Part shown: positions 62,561-64,000 of the stretch, piece by piece | Position numbering within the stretch: the first letter of the stretch is position 1 | How the letters are laid out: each line of letters begins with the position of its first letter | The notes under the pieces: model-generated | The model's database searches: none | Seen by the model: only the letters and a program-made list of their open reading frames with translations | What the model was told of the DNA's origin: nothing | Translations under genes and position numbers: made by a program | From: Utricularia gibba | Taxonomy: Eukaryota; Plantae; Magnoliophyta | NCBI GenBank assembly: GCA_002189035.1 | Contig: CM007989.1 | Span: forward strand, 2,790,001 to 2,854,000 | Length of the DNA stretch: 64,000 nt | Reading direction: 5' to 3'

Positions 62561-63875
62561 GGTCAACATGTAAATCCAATGAATCACGACGGAGAATTAA
62601 AGGAGTTTCCTGACTTTTCGGCTCCCTGACTTGACACCTTTAGGAAGCATCTCCAGTGAAAGTTCAGTTCACACCTAAAAATCTTGCTAATCTTTCTTTT
62701 TTCTTTTTTACCCATTATCATAATTCTTTTTTTTAAAAAAAAAAAGTGCAAACACGAGAATCCGATTTTTTAATTATTCGTTATTATTAATTATTTTTAA
62801 AAACAGTTTATAAAATGAATATTGAGTAGAGAGAGTTGCAAGTAAGAAGGGAAAGCAGTCAAAGATTTGGAAAACTTGGAGAGCTGCAGGGTTTTGAACA
62901 TGCCTCGGATAAGAAAGTCAAAGTCAAAGATGCCTATTCTTGCCCTAAGAAGGTATGTCATTGATATTCTTCTAGATTTTCTTACATTCATGTTCAAAAT
63001 AAAATCAAGCATATTTTATACTGTAAAAACACCCCCGGGAAAAAAACTGTCTGAAAGTAAGGAATTGCAAGATAAAATTGACCAAGCAGCCTATTTTTTG
63101 GCCGTCGTTAGACCCCTTTTGGACCATGAGTGGTGTTCTACTTTTCAAACATTAGCCAAATCGACGTGGACCTTCCATTTAATGTTGTGACACATTCAAA
63201 TTGCATGATAACCATGAACTTATTTTGTTTTTTTTCCCTATCACGGCATGTTTATGCTGATTTTGATATCCGGAGATAATTTATATATCCTATACGATTT
63301 TACGTTTTTCATGATGGTTAGATATGATATGGAGAGGGAGGACTTGGATTCCATGCCATGAAAAATCCCCACCCTATTTATTATTAGTTAGTAGTATAAT
63401 TAGTAGTCAACTACAATAGGAGAAGAAATCAAGAAAGTCGTGTTGATTATTATCAAGGGAGGAGAAGAATCAATTCAACTGCGTGTCAAATTTGGGTTTG
63501 AATATTTTAAAACGCCTTCAAGACACTGATTTACCCCCCATTTTATCCACTGCCCGGATCCCTAAATTCTCCCTTCATTTCTGTGTGATAAACATGGCCC
63601 TAACTGAACTGTAAGAAAAAAGACAAAAGGGAGGCAGAGAATTCAACGAGGCGGGCTTCTTCATCATCACACGTTACGTCGGCTGTCGGCAGTCGACATG
63701 GTGGAAATTTTGAGGACCGCTTCTGGTACGTGGCGAGGTGCACCACCACCGCATTTGAAAATGGAAAGAAACAGGGCACGTGAGGGGATAGGTGTTTGAA
63801 AATTAGTTTCATCCGTCCCGCCGGAATCGGAATAGTGGAGTTGGACGAGGACTGTCGGCGTTGAGCGCCGGTCAA
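62561..63875. promoter_or_regulatory. W-box cluster in the WRKY upstream region
   Basis: TTGAC(C/T) on either strand at 62561, 62857, 62916, 62922, 63078, 63405 and 63870, plus further TGAC cores. Confidence 0.6.
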
Positions 63876-64000
63876 TGCGTTCTTTCCCGGGTCGTCACTC
63901 CTCCCCAGTCTCCTTCGCAGCCTGCGCTTTGTCTTCGTCTTTGTCTTTTCCCTCACTACAAACTCGGCACGTGGTGGATGTAATGTGCAAGGGCAAAGGG

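Noticed and set aside
63600-63956. 118-aa minus-strand ORF at the window end
   Set aside because: No ATG start, low-complexity N-terminus and no family motif; the sequence looks like regulatory DNA upstream of the WRKY gene.

Overview
Gene-dense eudicot nuclear DNA with many 60-90 bp introns. The species cannot be determined; the compactness and divergent proteins fit a small, fast-evolving genome. Gene order: HIPP/HMA gene (partial, minus), two tandem secreted Pro-rich/HRGP paralogs, a gamma-carbonic-anhydrase-like pseudogene, ICE1/SCRM bHLH, ARF2-like, AGD/VAN3-type ArfGAP, group X ERF, GNL2 ARF-GEF, Rubisco-activase-like AAA+ protein, DNA pol epsilon subunit B (DPB2), RBOH, mitochondrial ATP-Mg/Pi carrier, LEAFY, a DnaJ protein, an HLS1-like GNAT and a group IIa WRKY. 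Main observations: (i) ICE1, ARF2, AGD and LFY carry -1 frameshifts, five of the six clearly and one probably a single base missing from a nucleotide run, most likely long-read consensus errors; (ii) the tasiR-ARF target site in ARF2 is degenerate; (iii) DPB2 has two U12 introns, one AT-AC; (iv) an orphan ERSE/UPRE/ABRE promoter with spliceable exons but no known ORF lies just upstream of LFY; (v) the roughly 27-kb GNL2-to-LFY block is probably inverted, with a twin-hairpin structure in one predicted breakpoint interval. No tRNA, rRNA, CRISPR array or intact transposon was found.
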